A stretch of DNA of 64,000 bases from NCBI GenBank assembly GCA_041580235.1, contig JBFGEG010000004.1, forward strand, positions 1,472-65,471. Reading direction: 5' to 3'. Origin of the DNA: Phycisphaerales bacterium (GTDB taxonomy: Bacteria > Planctomycetota > Phycisphaerae > Phycisphaerales > SM1A02). Numbering within the stretch: position 1 is the stretch's first letter; each line of letters begins with the position of its first letter. The position numbers and the translations under genes are program-made. Under the pieces are notes generated by a model, which saw nothing but the letters and a program-made list of their open reading frames with translations, was not told the origin of the DNA and did no database searches. Shown piece after piece: positions 1 through 9,031 of the stretch.

Positions 1-13
1 ACCACCTTGGCCA

Positions 14-787
14 TCAGCGCGGGCTTGCGATTTCCACCGGCTGGCGTCGCGACCACTCGTAGGCGAGCAGGTCGTGCGTCAGCCGGAAGCTGACGAACTG
101 CGTGTACAGCTGCATGTCCATCAGGTAGATCTCGGTGCCGTAGGCGCCGTCGGGCTCGGTACGCCCGGTGGCGTACTGCTGGAGCCAGGCGAGTGTCTGG
201 TGATTGCGTGAATCGAAGACCCCGGCCGCCTGCGCTCTGGCGCCGGTCGGACCGAGCTCGCCAATCGCCACGTCAGCGTGCGAGGCCCGCACCAGATCTC
301 GCGGGTCGATGTCGCGGCCGCGGTTGCCGGCCGCCGCGCCGAAGACCTGGACCGCCATGCCCAGCGTCGGGGGAGGGTAGGGGTCCCAGGCGCTGATCGT
401 CCCCACCACGATGGCGTCGACCTCCAGTGTCCGGATGAGCTGCATGGCCTCCGCCGGCGTGGCCACCGACGGGATGTTGCTGGCCCGCATGGCCGCGACC
501 ACGCGGTTCACGGGAACCGTGTTGATTCCGTGGACCTGCTGGAGCTCCTGGGTGAAGAGGTCCGCCACCCGGTACGTGTTGACGGTCGAGACCCCGGACT
601 CGTTGGCAAACGGCACGACCGCCCAGAGCTGCACGCCGTCGTGGGCGCTTGAAAGCCTGATGGGCTTCTGCAGCTGTGGTCGCAGGAAGCATCCGGAGGC
701 GCCGAGCGCTCCCAGAACAACCAGCGTCGAGCACATCCGCGCGAGGAATCGGCCCGTCCCTGATGAAAAGAGCTGTGCACTTGTCAT
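14..787 (-). CDS. putative lipoprotein (LpoB/DUF799-like; function unknown)
   Basis: 257-aa ORF with a signal peptide ending in lipobox-like LGASGC. The VVPFANESG...VPVNRV segment resembles LpoB/DUF799-type lipoproteins. Same strand, directly downstream of the TolB-like gene. Confidence 0.6.
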   Translation of the reverse strand: MTSAQLFSSGTGRFLARMCSTLVVLGALGASGCFLRPQLQKPIRLSSAHDGVQLWAVVPFANESGVSTVNTYRVADLFTQELQQVHGINTVPVNRVVAAMRASNIPSVATPAEAMQLIRTLEVDAIVVGTISAWDPYPPPTLGMAVQVFGAAAGNRGRDIDPRDLVRASHADVAIGELGPTGARAQAAGVFDSRNHQTLAWLQQYATGRTEPDGAYGTEIYLMDMQLYTQFVSFRLTHDLLAYEWSRRQPVEIASPR

Positions 788-877
788 GGCGTCCTGCCCG
801 AGAAGACGAGCTCCGCTCGTCGTGGTGGCCGCACCAGCGCGGCCGAAATGTCGGACGGCCCGTCAGGGCCGGCCGAC

Positions 878-2083
878 TCAGTCCTGCGACGGGTAATCGG
901 GATAGACGCTCGTGATCCGCGACGGGCGCGGCTCGGAGGCGTTCATGGCCCGGGTGGTCGTCACGGCCCAGATGTTGTCCACGCCGGTCCGGTTGGAGAC
1001 GAAGTACACGCGTCCGTCCGAGCTCCAGACCGGCTGGTAGTTCGCGTATCGCCCGTTGGTGAGGTTCGTGCGGCCCGATCCGTCGAGGTTCACGATCCAG
1101 ACGTCCGACTGGGTCGGCTTCTCACTGTCCGCGTCGGTGTCGGGCTCGACCACGGTGACGAAGACGATGCGGGTGCCGTCGGGCGACCACGACGGGTTGA
1201 TCACGGCGGCGTTGCCGGCGGAGACGATTTCCGTCGGGTGCACGGCGTCACCGTTGAGATAGTCGATGGTCCACACGCTGAAGAACCGGCTGCCACGCTG
1301 CCGGGCTCGCTGAAAGAGGATCTTCGGGCGGGCCACGTCGGGGCACCACTGCGGGAACAGGCCGTAGTCGAGGAACCGGCGGACACCGGGGTTCTCGGTG
1401 TCCACGACCCACATCTCCCAGCGGCCGGACTGCGAGCCGAGCTTGCAGTAAATGAGACGCTTGCCGTCAGGGGCCCACGAGGGGTGCAGCTCGTGCTCCA
1501 TCTCGTCGGTGACCTTCATCGGCTGGCCGCCGTTCATGGACATGACGTAGATGTCCCAGTTGCCGGAGCGGTTGGAAGCGAAGGCGACCCTCTGCCCCGA
1601 TGGATGGAAGGACGGCATGATGTCGTCGCCCCGATCCGTCGTCAGCTGCGTGAGCGTGCGGCCGGTGACGGGCTTCAGGTAGATGTCGGACGTGGTGCTG
1701 TGCTGCGTGGAGGCGAAGGTCATCCACGTTGAATCGCCGTTGACATCCGGGTCGGAGCACGCGCCTTCGCTGGCAAAGGTGATTTGCGAGACGTTGCTGC
1801 TGCCGTCCCAGACGCTGCCGGTGTCCGGCCAATCGGTCTGCAGCTCGCCGTAGAGCCCGACCAGCGCCGGCGAAAGGGACTCGCCGGACGACTCGTGCAT
1901 CATGACCGGCTTCGGCTGCGAGGCGAAGTCGGGCTCATCGGCCGGGTGACGCGAGAGCAGCTGGGCCGACTGCTGGGCATTCTCTGACAGACCGAAGCTG
2001 GCGCTGGCGGTGCAGCCGCCCAGCATCCCGGTCAAGATGGAGGCGCCGAGCAGCGCGATGCGACGAGGAAGGTTGGCGTTCAC
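878..2083 (-). CDS. TolB-like beta-propeller (PD40 repeat) lipoprotein
   Basis: Repeated PD40 motifs (PSFHPSGQRVAFAS, PSWAPDGKRLIY, PSWSPDGTRIVF) and lipobox LTGMLGGC. Start placed at GTG 2083, preceded by GGAGG with a 7-nt spacer. The ORF-track start 2158 is an upstream alternative. Confidence 0.8.
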   Translation of the reverse strand: MNANLPRRIALLGASILTGMLGGCTASASFGLSENAQQSAQLLSRHPADEPDFASQPKPVMMHESSGESLSPALVGLYGELQTDWPDTGSVWDGSSNVSQITFASEGACSDPDVNGDSTWMTFASTQHSTTSDIYLKPVTGRTLTQLTTDRGDDIMPSFHPSGQRVAFASNRSGNWDIYVMSMNGGQPMKVTDEMEHELHPSWAPDGKRLIYCKLGSQSGRWEMWVVDTENPGVRRFLDYGLFPQWCPDVARPKILFQRARQRGSRFFSVWTIDYLNGDAVHPTEIVSAGNAAVINPSWSPDGTRIVFVTVVEPDTDADSEKPTQSDVWIVNLDGSGRTNLTNGRYANYQPVWSSDGRVYFVSNRTGVDNIWAVTTTRAMNASEPRPSRITSVYPDYPSQD

Positions 2084-2421
2084 AGGTCTGCCTCCATGGG
2101 TCCTGCAGCCGCGCGACACCGCGACGGGTCGTTTGCCGGCTCCGCCGAAACCACGCAACGCTCGCTAGTGAACTCGGGCGGGATCCAACCCGTCCCGGGT
2201 TGACCGGGAAGATCCACGGCTCTTATCGGACGAATTACGAGCATTGCTTGAGTCCACGGGGCCGGCCGGCCGGCTTCTCACCGGCGTTATCGGCATCCTG
2301 TCGGGGGTGGATAAGGTGCCGGCCGGAAAAGATGCAGCCGTTTCGATGGTCGGTCTTCGAAAATGGCCCCGGCCGCCTTCCCCGTCCGGGATCAGGTACA
2401 CTTCTCGATTCGCGATTTCGC

Positions 2422-2494
2422 GGTCGTGTAGCTCAGTCGGTAGAGCAACCGCCTTTTAAGCGGTAGGTCCTGGGTTCGAGTCCCAGCGCGACCA
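2422..2494 (+). tRNA. tRNA-Lys (anticodon TTT)
   Basis: Hand-folded 73-nt cloverleaf. Acceptor GGTCGTG/CGCGACC (one G-U); D arm GCTC-AGTCGGTA-GAGC; anticodon arm ACCGC-CTTTTAA-GCGGT; 5-nt variable loop; T arm CTGGG-TTCGAGT-CCCAG; discriminator A. CCA is not encoded. Confidence 0.9.
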
Positions 2495-2533
2495 TGACCG
2501 GGCGCAGGTTCTGCGCTCGACCGTGTTCCGATC

Positions 2534-5500
2534 ATGCAGGTGCTTCACGTCAATTGGGCCGAGGGGGCGCTGCGACTCTGGTCCGAGTCGCTGTCGGCCT
2601 ATGCCGGTATGCGTCGTGACCCGAGCGCCGCCGCGGCCGGCGGCGACGTCCACCCCTTCGCCGTGCCCTCGTCGGAGCTCGCCCGTGGTCTCATCGAGAC
2701 GGAACGTCTCGAGCCCGAGCAACTCGACGAGTCATCGACGATCCACCTGCGGCTGCCGGGCGACGAGTCCGGCCCCCGCCCCAGCGATCGGCTCTCCAGC
2801 GCCGCCGGCGAGATCGAGCGAGCCGCCGGGGCCGGACTGGCGACGTTCGCCGTGCCCGCGATCGGCATCCGCAACGAGCATGCGCTGGCCGCGATGCTGC
2901 GGCTCGAGGACCGCGGCCCCGCGGATCAGATCGCCTTCGGCCACTCGCTGCCGTACTGGATCGCGGTCGTGCGGTTCGTGCTGGAGCTTCTCGTCGATCA
3001 GCGCTTCATCCCGACGGTGCTGCACCCGGCCGGTTCGGGGACGCTGCGGGCGGCGTGGCAGCCGTGGCTCCACGACGACTCGGCCCGCCAGCGTCTCGGC
3101 GTGCTGCTGGCGGCCATGCCGCCCGTGGTCCGGGCCGTTGCCGGCCCCAACGGCGAACCCTGGCACATTTTGCGCGAGGCGGTGGAGACCATGTGCGATG
3201 CCACCGCCCGGCTCGCCCTCGCGGAGGCCCGGTTCATCGAGGCGATCGAGGGTCGTGACCCGGCCGATGACCCGCAGGTCGCCTGGCTCAGCGGCCTGCT
3301 CGACCGGACCCGTGACGTGGCGCCGCACGGTGCCGCCGGGGACGGCGAGCCGGATGTCGTGCTTCCGCAGGTCAGGTCGTGGCTGAGCCGTCTCGAGGAT
3401 GCCGACCGCTCGCGGCCGTTTCGGTTGTGCTTCGGCCTTACGGAGCCCCCGCCGCAGGGTGACGCCCCCTGGCATCTCGCGTTCCACCTGCTGCTGGAGG
3501 GAGATCCGCCGATCACCGTCGCCGCCGAGTGGCGGTGGGACGGCTCTCCCACCGCCCAGGGCGTCGACGGCCACCGCATCGGCCACCCCCAGGAGCATCT
3601 CCTGGCGGAGCTGGGTCGCGCCAGCCGCATCTACCCGAAGATCGAGTCGGCGCTGAGCGATGCCCACCCCGTGGGGATCGAGCTGAGCACCGAGGAGGCA
3701 GCGCAATTCCTGCGCGAGCATCGCCAGGTGCTCGAGGAGTCCGGCTTCGGCGTCATGGTCCCCCAGTGGTGGGGTCGGCGGACGGCCCGGCTCGGCGTGC
3801 GGCTGCTCATCGACAGCTCCGCCCGGGCCGGAGGCGACGGCACCGGGGGCTCGGCCGCGGGGTCGGCCCGGCTGGGGCTCGACAGCCTCGTGCGGTTCCG
3901 CTGGCAGCTGGCCATCGGCGACGACCCGCTGACGGCGGAGCAGCTGCAACAGATGGCCCGATCCACGGCCCCCCTCATCCGGATCGCCGACCGGTGGGTG
4001 GAGAACCCCGGCTCCATCGCCCAGGCCGCCGACCTGATCCGGGAGGATCCCGGCGGTGAGGTGACGCTGCGGCAGGCCATCCGGATGGCGCAGGGCGCCG
4101 ACGCCGGCGCGGCGGCGGACGCCGGGCTGCCGGTGCTGGGAATGGACGCCCGCGGCTGGGTCGGCGAGATCCTCGAGCTCGGCGGCGGGGGCGGCACCCA
4201 GCGACTGCCGAGCCTCGATCAGCCGCGCAGCTTCGAGGGCTCGCTGCGGCCCTACCAGAAGACCGGTCTGAGCTGGCTCTCGTTCCTGGAGCGTTTCGGG
4301 TTCGGGGCGTGCCTGGCCGACGACATGGGTCTCGGCAAGACCATCCAGCTCATTGCCCTGCTGCTGCTGGAGCGCGAGGCGGCGAACGGCGGGCCGCGGC
4401 CCGGAACGACGCTGCTCGTGGTGCCGACCTCGCTCATCGAGAATTGGGCGCGAGAGCTGAAGCGTTTTGCGCCGTCCCTGACCTATCACGTGCACCATGG
4501 CCCGCAACGCCTCGCCGGCGAGGCGTTTACCGCGGCCGCCTCGGGCAGCGACCTCGTCATCACCACCTACGCGCTGGTCCCGCGCGACCGGGAGACGATG
4601 GACGAGATGACCTGGTGGCGGGTGGTTCTCGATGAAGCGCAGTTCATCAAGAACCCCCCGACGCAGCAGGCTGTCGCCATTCGCAACCTGCGGTCGCCGC
4701 GCCGGGTGGCGCTGACGGGCACGCCCGTGGAGAACCGGCTCACCGAGCTGTGGTCGATCATGGAGTTCTGCAACCCGGGCTACCTGGGGCCGGCCGAGGA
4801 GTTCCGGCGGCGCTGCGCCGTCCCCATCGAGCGGCATCGTGACCGCGACCGGGCCGAGGCGCTGCGGCAGCTCGTACACCCCTTCGTGCTGCGACGGCTC
4901 AAGACCGACCCGCGGGTCATCGTGGACCTGCCGCCGTGCCTGGAGACCAAAGAGTTCGCCACGCTCACGTCCGAGCAGGCGGCCATGTACCAGGCCGTCG
5001 TCGACGACCTGCTCGCCACGGTGGACGAGATGCAGGGCATTCAACGACGCGGGCGCGTGCTGGCGGCGCTGACGCGGCTCAAGCAGATCTGCAACCACCC
5101 GGACCAGCTGCTCACGCCGATCGGCGAGAGCCACGCCGCGGCGGCGCCCGCCGACCCGAAGCCGCTTTCGAGTCGGTCCGGCAAGTGCACGCGACTCATG
5201 GAGATGCTGGAGGAGCTGCTCGCCGCCGGCGGCAAGGCGCTCGTCTTCACCCAGTACCGTCGCATGGGCCAGCTGCTGTCGGCCATGATCCGCCAGGATC
5301 TCGACTGCGACACCCAGTTCATGCACGGCGGCACGGTCCCACGGAAGCGACAGGAGATGATCGACCGCTTCCAAAGCCCCGGCGGCTCCATCCCCGTCTT
5401 CATCCTGTCGCTCAAGACCGGCGGCATCGGCCTCAACCTCACGGCCGCCAACCACGTCTTTCACTTCGACCGCTGGTGGAATCCCGCCGTCGAGAACCAG

Positions 5501-5725
5501 GCCACCGACCGCGCCTTTCGAATCGGCCAGACCCGGACCGTGCACGTGCACAAGTTCGTCTGCGCGGGGACGCTGGAGGAGCGAATCGATCAGATGATCG
5601 AGCAGAAGATGCGGCTCGCCGACAACATCATCAGCTCGGGCGAGCAATGGCTCACCGAGCTGTCGACGAAGAAGCTGCACGAGATTCTGGAACTGCGGGC
5701 GACAGCCATGGAGGTCGAGGCGTGA
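2534..5725 (+). CDS. SNF2-family helicase with long N-terminal SNF2-associated region
   Basis: Motif I LADDMGLGKT, motif II VVLDEAQFIKN, motif III LTGTPVENRL. Helicase-C motifs GGIGLNLTAANHVFHFDRWWNPAVENQATDRAFRIGQ. The N-terminal half contains the W.L.IGDD.LT.EQL...PLIRI.DRWV pattern typical of bacterial SNF2-associated domains. Confidence 0.93.
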   Translation: MQVLHVNWAEGALRLWSESLSAYAGMRRDPSAAAAGGDVHPFAVPSSELARGLIETERLEPEQLDESSTIHLRLPGDESGPRPSDRLSSAAGEIERAAGAGLATFAVPAIGIRNEHALAAMLRLEDRGPADQIAFGHSLPYWIAVVRFVLELLVDQRFIPTVLHPAGSGTLRAAWQPWLHDDSARQRLGVLLAAMPPVVRAVAGPNGEPWHILREAVETMCDATARLALAEARFIEAIEGRDPADDPQVAWLSGLLDRTRDVAPHGAAGDGEPDVVLPQVRSWLSRLEDADRSRPFRLCFGLTEPPPQGDAPWHLAFHLLLEGDPPITVAAEWRWDGSPTAQGVDGHRIGHPQEHLLAELGRASRIYPKIESALSDAHPVGIELSTEEAAQFLREHRQVLEESGFGVMVPQWWGRRTARLGVRLLIDSSARAGGDGTGGSAAGSARLGLDSLVRFRWQLAIGDDPLTAEQLQQMARSTAPLIRIADRWVENPGSIAQAADLIREDPGGEVTLRQAIRMAQGADAGAAADAGLPVLGMDARGWVGEILELGGGGGTQRLPSLDQPRSFEGSLRPYQKTGLSWLSFLERFGFGACLADDMGLGKTIQLIALLLLEREAANGGPRPGTTLLVVPTSLIENWARELKRFAPSLTYHVHHGPQRLAGEAFTAAASGSDLVITTYALVPRDRETMDEMTWWRVVLDEAQFIKNPPTQQAVAIRNLRSPRRVALTGTPVENRLTELWSIMEFCNPGYLGPAEEFRRRCAVPIERHRDRDRAEALRQLVHPFVLRRLKTDPRVIVDLPPCLETKEFATLTSEQAAMYQAVVDDLLATVDEMQGIQRRGRVLAALTRLKQICNHPDQLLTPIGESHAAAAPADPKPLSSRSGKCTRLMEMLEELLAAGGKALVFTQYRRMGQLLSAMIRQDLDCDTQFMHGGTVPRKRQEMIDRFQSPGGSIPVFILSLKTGGIGLNLTAANHVFHFDRWWNPAVENQATDRAFRIGQTRTVHVHKFVCAGTLEERIDQMIEQKMRLADNIISSGEQWLTELSTKKLHEILELRATAMEVEA

Positions 5726-6633
5726 CCGAAGGCGATCAGGCATCGTTCGTTCGCCGGCCCGCCTCGCTACGACGCGTGCGCAACGGGGTCCGGCTGCGCC
5801 GCGAGGACCCCGATCGCGGCGGGTGGGTGGCGAGGCGATGGCTCGAGCGGCTCATGGAGCTCGTCCCGGCCCGCGAGCGAGGCAAGGGTCTGGAGTATGC
5901 CCGCCTCGGCCAGACCGTCTCTTTGGAGGTCACGCCGGGGGCGGTGGTCGCGCGTGTCCAGGGCCGCGGCTCCAAGCCCTACGGGGTGCGTTGGCGGGTG
6001 CCGGTCCTCAGCCGCGATCAATGGCAACGCGTGGTGCACGCCATGGCGGGGGAGGCGATCTACGCCGCCAAGCTCATGGCCCGAGAGCTGCCCGAGACCA
6101 TCGAGCCGCTGCTGGAGTCCCTCGATCTGACGCTGCTGCCCGCACCGGACACGCTCGTCGTGGAGTGTGACTGCCCGGCGCCGCAAGGGTGCAAGCACGC
6201 GGCCGCCGTCGCGTACCTGGTCGCGGAGCGACTCGACAACGACCCGCTGGAGGTCTTCACCCTGCGCGGCCTGCCGGGCGATCGCCTCCTGCAGCGCATC
6301 GCGGGTGCCCGCGCCGGGCGCACTCGCGGGCCCGCCTTGGCCCACGCCGAGCCGTTGGAGCCGCCGGCGAGCGAGCACAAGCCGCTCGAGAAGTGCCTTG
6401 ACACCTTCTGGCGGCACGGGCCACAGCTGGCCGCCCTTCAGCACATACCCCCGCCGGCCCACGCCCCCCACGCCCTGCTGCGGCGGCTCGGCCCGTCCCC
6501 GATGCCGGGACGTTTTCCCCTGGTCGGCCTGCTCGCCAGCGTCTACGACACCGTCGCCGAGCGGGCCATCCATCTCCGCGACCACGCCGAACGCATCGAC
6601 GATTCCCCCAACCCCCAACCACCCGACCCCTGA
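5722..6633 (+). CDS. SWIM zinc-finger protein
   Basis: CxC...CxH SWIM signature (VECDCPAPQGCKHAAAV). GTG start shares a GTGA overlap with the SNF2 stop (5722-5725). In frame within ORF 4936..6633, whose upstream part is a frame shadow of the SNF2 gene. Confidence 0.85.
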   Translation: MTEGDQASFVRRPASLRRVRNGVRLRREDPDRGGWVARRWLERLMELVPARERGKGLEYARLGQTVSLEVTPGAVVARVQGRGSKPYGVRWRVPVLSRDQWQRVVHAMAGEAIYAAKLMARELPETIEPLLESLDLTLLPAPDTLVVECDCPAPQGCKHAAAVAYLVAERLDNDPLEVFTLRGLPGDRLLQRIAGARAGRTRGPALAHAEPLEPPASEHKPLEKCLDTFWRHGPQLAALQHIPPPAHAPHALLRRLGPSPMPGRFPLVGLLASVYDTVAERAIHLRDHAERIDDSPNPQPPDP

Positions 6634-6650
6634 CCCCATTGATCCACGTC
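6601..6650 (+). other. C-rich, G-depleted junction element (site A), SWIM stop to methyltransferase start
   Basis: GATTCCCCCAACCCCCAACCACCCGACCCCTGACCCCATTG. It shares the 11-mer CCCAACCACCC with site B and CCCCTGACCCC with site C. Confidence 0.4.
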
Positions 6651-7484
6651 CACTTCGGCGACAACCTGCCGATCCTCCGGACGATGCCCGAGGCTTCGTT
6701 CGACCTGATCTATATCGACCCGCCGTTCAACACCGGCAAGGCTCAGTCCCGGCAGCGTCTGCGCACCGTGCGTGACGAGCACGGCGACCGCACGGGCTTT
6801 GGGGGGCACCGCTATCGCACCGTCAAGCTCGAACGTCGCTCCTTTGACGACGTCTTCGATGACTTCGCGGCGTTCCTGGAGCCGCGTCTCGCCGAGGCCC
6901 ACCGGCTGCTGGCGGCGCGGGGTTCGCTGTTCGTCCACCTGGATGCGCGTGAGGTCCACTACTGCAAGGTCATGCTCGACGGGATCTTCGGCCGGGCGTC
7001 GTTCATGAACGAGATCATCTGGGCATACGACTACGGCGGCCGCACGAAGCGCCGTTGGCCCGCCAAGCACGACACGATCCTCTGGTATGCGCGGGATCCG
7101 GCGCACTACACGTTCAATTACGACCAGATCGACCGCATCCCGTACATGGCGCCCGGACTGGTCGGTCCGGAGAAGGCCGCCCGGGGCAAGACACCGACCG
7201 ACGTGTGGTGGCAGACGATCGTCAGCCCCCAGGGCCGCGAGAAAACCGGTTATCCCACGCAAAAGCCCCTGCGTCTGATCGAGCGCATCGTCCGAGTTCA
7301 CTCGAACCCGGGCGACCGCCTGCTGGACTTCTTTGCCGGCAGCGGCACGCTGGGTGCCGCGGCTCACGGCCTGGGACGCGACGCCGTGCTCATCGACAAC
7401 CACCCCGAGGCGATCGCCCTCATGGCGGACCGGCTCGCCGACGCCCGGCCGGTATTCCATAACTGCGAGGACCCGGTGAACTGA
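6639..7484 (+). CDS. beta-class DNA methyltransferase (N6-adenine type DPPF motif), no adjacent restriction enzyme
   Basis: Motif IV IYIDPPFN lies near the N-terminus and SAM motif I LDFFAGSGT near the C-terminus (IV before I gives the beta class). TTG start lies 5 nt after the SWIM stop. Confidence 0.88.
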   Translation: MIHVHFGDNLPILRTMPEASFDLIYIDPPFNTGKAQSRQRLRTVRDEHGDRTGFGGHRYRTVKLERRSFDDVFDDFAAFLEPRLAEAHRLLAARGSLFVHLDAREVHYCKVMLDGIFGRASFMNEIIWAYDYGGRTKRRWPAKHDTILWYARDPAHYTFNYDQIDRIPYMAPGLVGPEKAARGKTPTDVWWQTIVSPQGREKTGYPTQKPLRLIERIVRVHSNPGDRLLDFFAGSGTLGAAAHGLGRDAVLIDNHPEAIALMADRLADARPVFHNCEDPVN

Positions 7485-7516
7485 AGGCCGCGTCGGGCCG
7501 ATCTCCTGCGGGAGCG

Positions 7517-8077
7517 ATGATCGATCCGGGGAGCCGAATATCGATGCTCGATGGCGTGGCCACCCTCGCGGGTCTTCCGGGGGCGAAGCGCGCCGTCCCG
7601 CGTGTCGAGGCCGCACCGGACCAGCCGGGCCCCGGCCGCGATCGTGTCAATCTCTCGCCGGAGGCGTGCGCGAAATGTGATCTCGACGAGCAGGAGCAGC
7701 GCGAGATCCGCGAGCTGCAGCAGCGTGATCGCTCGGTTCGCGCGCACGAGCAGGCCCATAAGGCGGCGGCCGGGCCGCACGCGGGGCCGGTCTCCTACTC
7801 GTACACGACCGGCCCCGACGGCCGGCGGTACGCCGTCAGCGGTGAGGTCCCGATCGACGTCTCCCCGGTCGAGGGCGATCCGCAGGCCACGATCGACAAG
7901 ATGCAGCAGGTCCGGCGGGCGGCACTGTCGCCGGCCGAGCCGTCGGACGCCGACCGGCAGGTGGCGGCCCGGGCGCAGGAGCTGGAGCGCGCAGCGCAAG
8001 CCGAGCTCGCTGCGCGCCGGGAAGATCCGCATGCGAGCGGAACTGAACCGGGTCAGCTGATCGACGTCACCGCCTGA
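7517..8077 (+). CDS. SprA-related / CJM1_0395-family putative metalloprotease
   Basis: Recalled family pattern ELQQRDRSVRAHEQAH...YSYTTGPDGRRYAVSGEVPIDVSPV.GDPQATI.KMQQVRRAAL.PAEPS. HEQAH is an HExxH motif. ATG is preceded by GGGAG. Confidence 0.65.
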   Translation: MIDPGSRISMLDGVATLAGLPGAKRAVPRVEAAPDQPGPGRDRVNLSPEACAKCDLDEQEQREIRELQQRDRSVRAHEQAHKAAAGPHAGPVSYSYTTGPDGRRYAVSGEVPIDVSPVEGDPQATIDKMQQVRRAALSPAEPSDADRQVAARAQELERAAQAELAARREDPHASGTEPGQLIDVTA

Positions 8078-8946
8078 GCGTCCGTGTAGTCCAGCTCGCG
8101 GAGCATCCCGCGGGTGGCCGCCTCGAAGCGGCCCAGGGCGTCCCGGTCGAAATGGTTCGCCCAGTCGCCGACGATCCCCTTGCGGAAATGCGACGATCGG
8201 TCCTCCTCGCCGCGACGCCGGCCCTTCGAGACCCGGCTGAACGCGGCCGCCTCGACACACGCGGCGACGTGCTCGTCGGCCGCGTCCACGCCGAGGAACT
8301 CCAGCAATCGCCGGGCGTGGACCTTCGGCTCGGCGTGAAGCTGCTCGTACCTGAGTTCGAGGTAGCGGTCCTTCAAGGCCGTCCCGGCCCGGCGGGCGGC
8401 GGTGATGTACGGCACCCAGTGGTGCTCGGCGAAGTACGCGGCGTAGTCGGCGAAGGTCTTGAACCGGTCGGCCGTCCCCAGCCGCTGCAGATGCGCCCAG
8501 CCTGAGACCGCCCCGTCGCGGCCGTCGCGGATGATGTGGATGTACCGCGCGCCGGGATACAGCGCGTCCATGATGGGGACGGTCAGCGCCGTTTCCGGCG
8601 TCTTGTCTCCGAGCGCGGTGACGGCCTTGGGGTTCTCGCTGCCGGCGAGGTACCCCGCGAGGATCCGGTCGGCGAACAGGCGGACGAGGCTGAGCAGGTC
8701 CTGCCCGCCGAACGACGCGTTCGTCTTGGGCAGGTCGTTGTAGGTCTTGACGGCCCTCTCCAGGATCGGACCCGCGACGTCACCGAAGTGGCCCTCGCCG
8801 CCGCAGCAGACGTGAGGGTGACCGTCGAGCAGCCGCTGCACCCACGTGGTGCCGGATTTCTGGCACCCCATGACGAAAAAGACCTGGCGCTCGCTGACTT
8901 CGGCGCTGGCGGTCAGGCTGTTGAGGAGCCAGGGCGGGAGGTTCAT
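8053..8946 (-). CDS. sulfotransferase family protein
   Basis: PAPS-binding 5'-PSB motif CQKSGTTW and 3'-PB-like IIRDGRDGAVS. The 3' end overlaps the convergent gene by 25 nt. Confidence 0.8.
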   Translation of the reverse strand: MNLPPWLLNSLTASAEVSERQVFFVMGCQKSGTTWVQRLLDGHPHVCCGGEGHFGDVAGPILERAVKTYNDLPKTNASFGGQDLLSLVRLFADRILAGYLAGSENPKAVTALGDKTPETALTVPIMDALYPGARYIHIIRDGRDGAVSGWAHLQRLGTADRFKTFADYAAYFAEHHWVPYITAARRAGTALKDRYLELRYEQLHAEPKVHARRLLEFLGVDAADEHVAACVEAAAFSRVSKGRRRGEEDRSSHFRKGIVGDWANHFDRDALGRFEAATRGMLRELDYTDAQAVTSIS

Positions 8947-9031
8947 TGCGGCTCCCTTATCGGTCCGCTTCGGCGCCGTGATAACCTCCTTCCGAACAAC
9001 TTACCGAGAACATGGGGGCTATAACGACCGC

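Noticed and set aside
2165-2401. 78-aa minus-strand ORF and 71-88-aa plus-strand ORFs between the TolB-like gene and tRNA-Lys
   Set aside because: They are mutually overlapping short ORFs in a lower-G+C region with no RBS or motifs. The region more likely holds the promoters or leaders for the flanking genes.
2732-5743. 1003-aa ORF on the minus strand, opposite the SNF2 helicase
   Set aside because: It is a shadow ORF typical of high-G+C DNA. It has Arg/Gly/Ala/Pro-rich low-complexity composition and no motifs. It is fully antisense to a gene with complete SNF2 motifs.
2534-8077. The SNF2 + methyltransferase locus as a DISARM or BREX defence system
   Set aside because: The defining partners are absent from the window: DrmA/DrmB(DUF1998)/DrmC for DISARM, and PglZ/BrxC/BrxL for BREX. 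Only the looser statement in the findings is supported.
2480-9000. A genomic island integrated at tRNA-Lys
   Set aside because: I found no integrase. By eye I found no downstream direct repeat of the tRNA 3' end, although I could not search exhaustively. There is no obvious compositional break.
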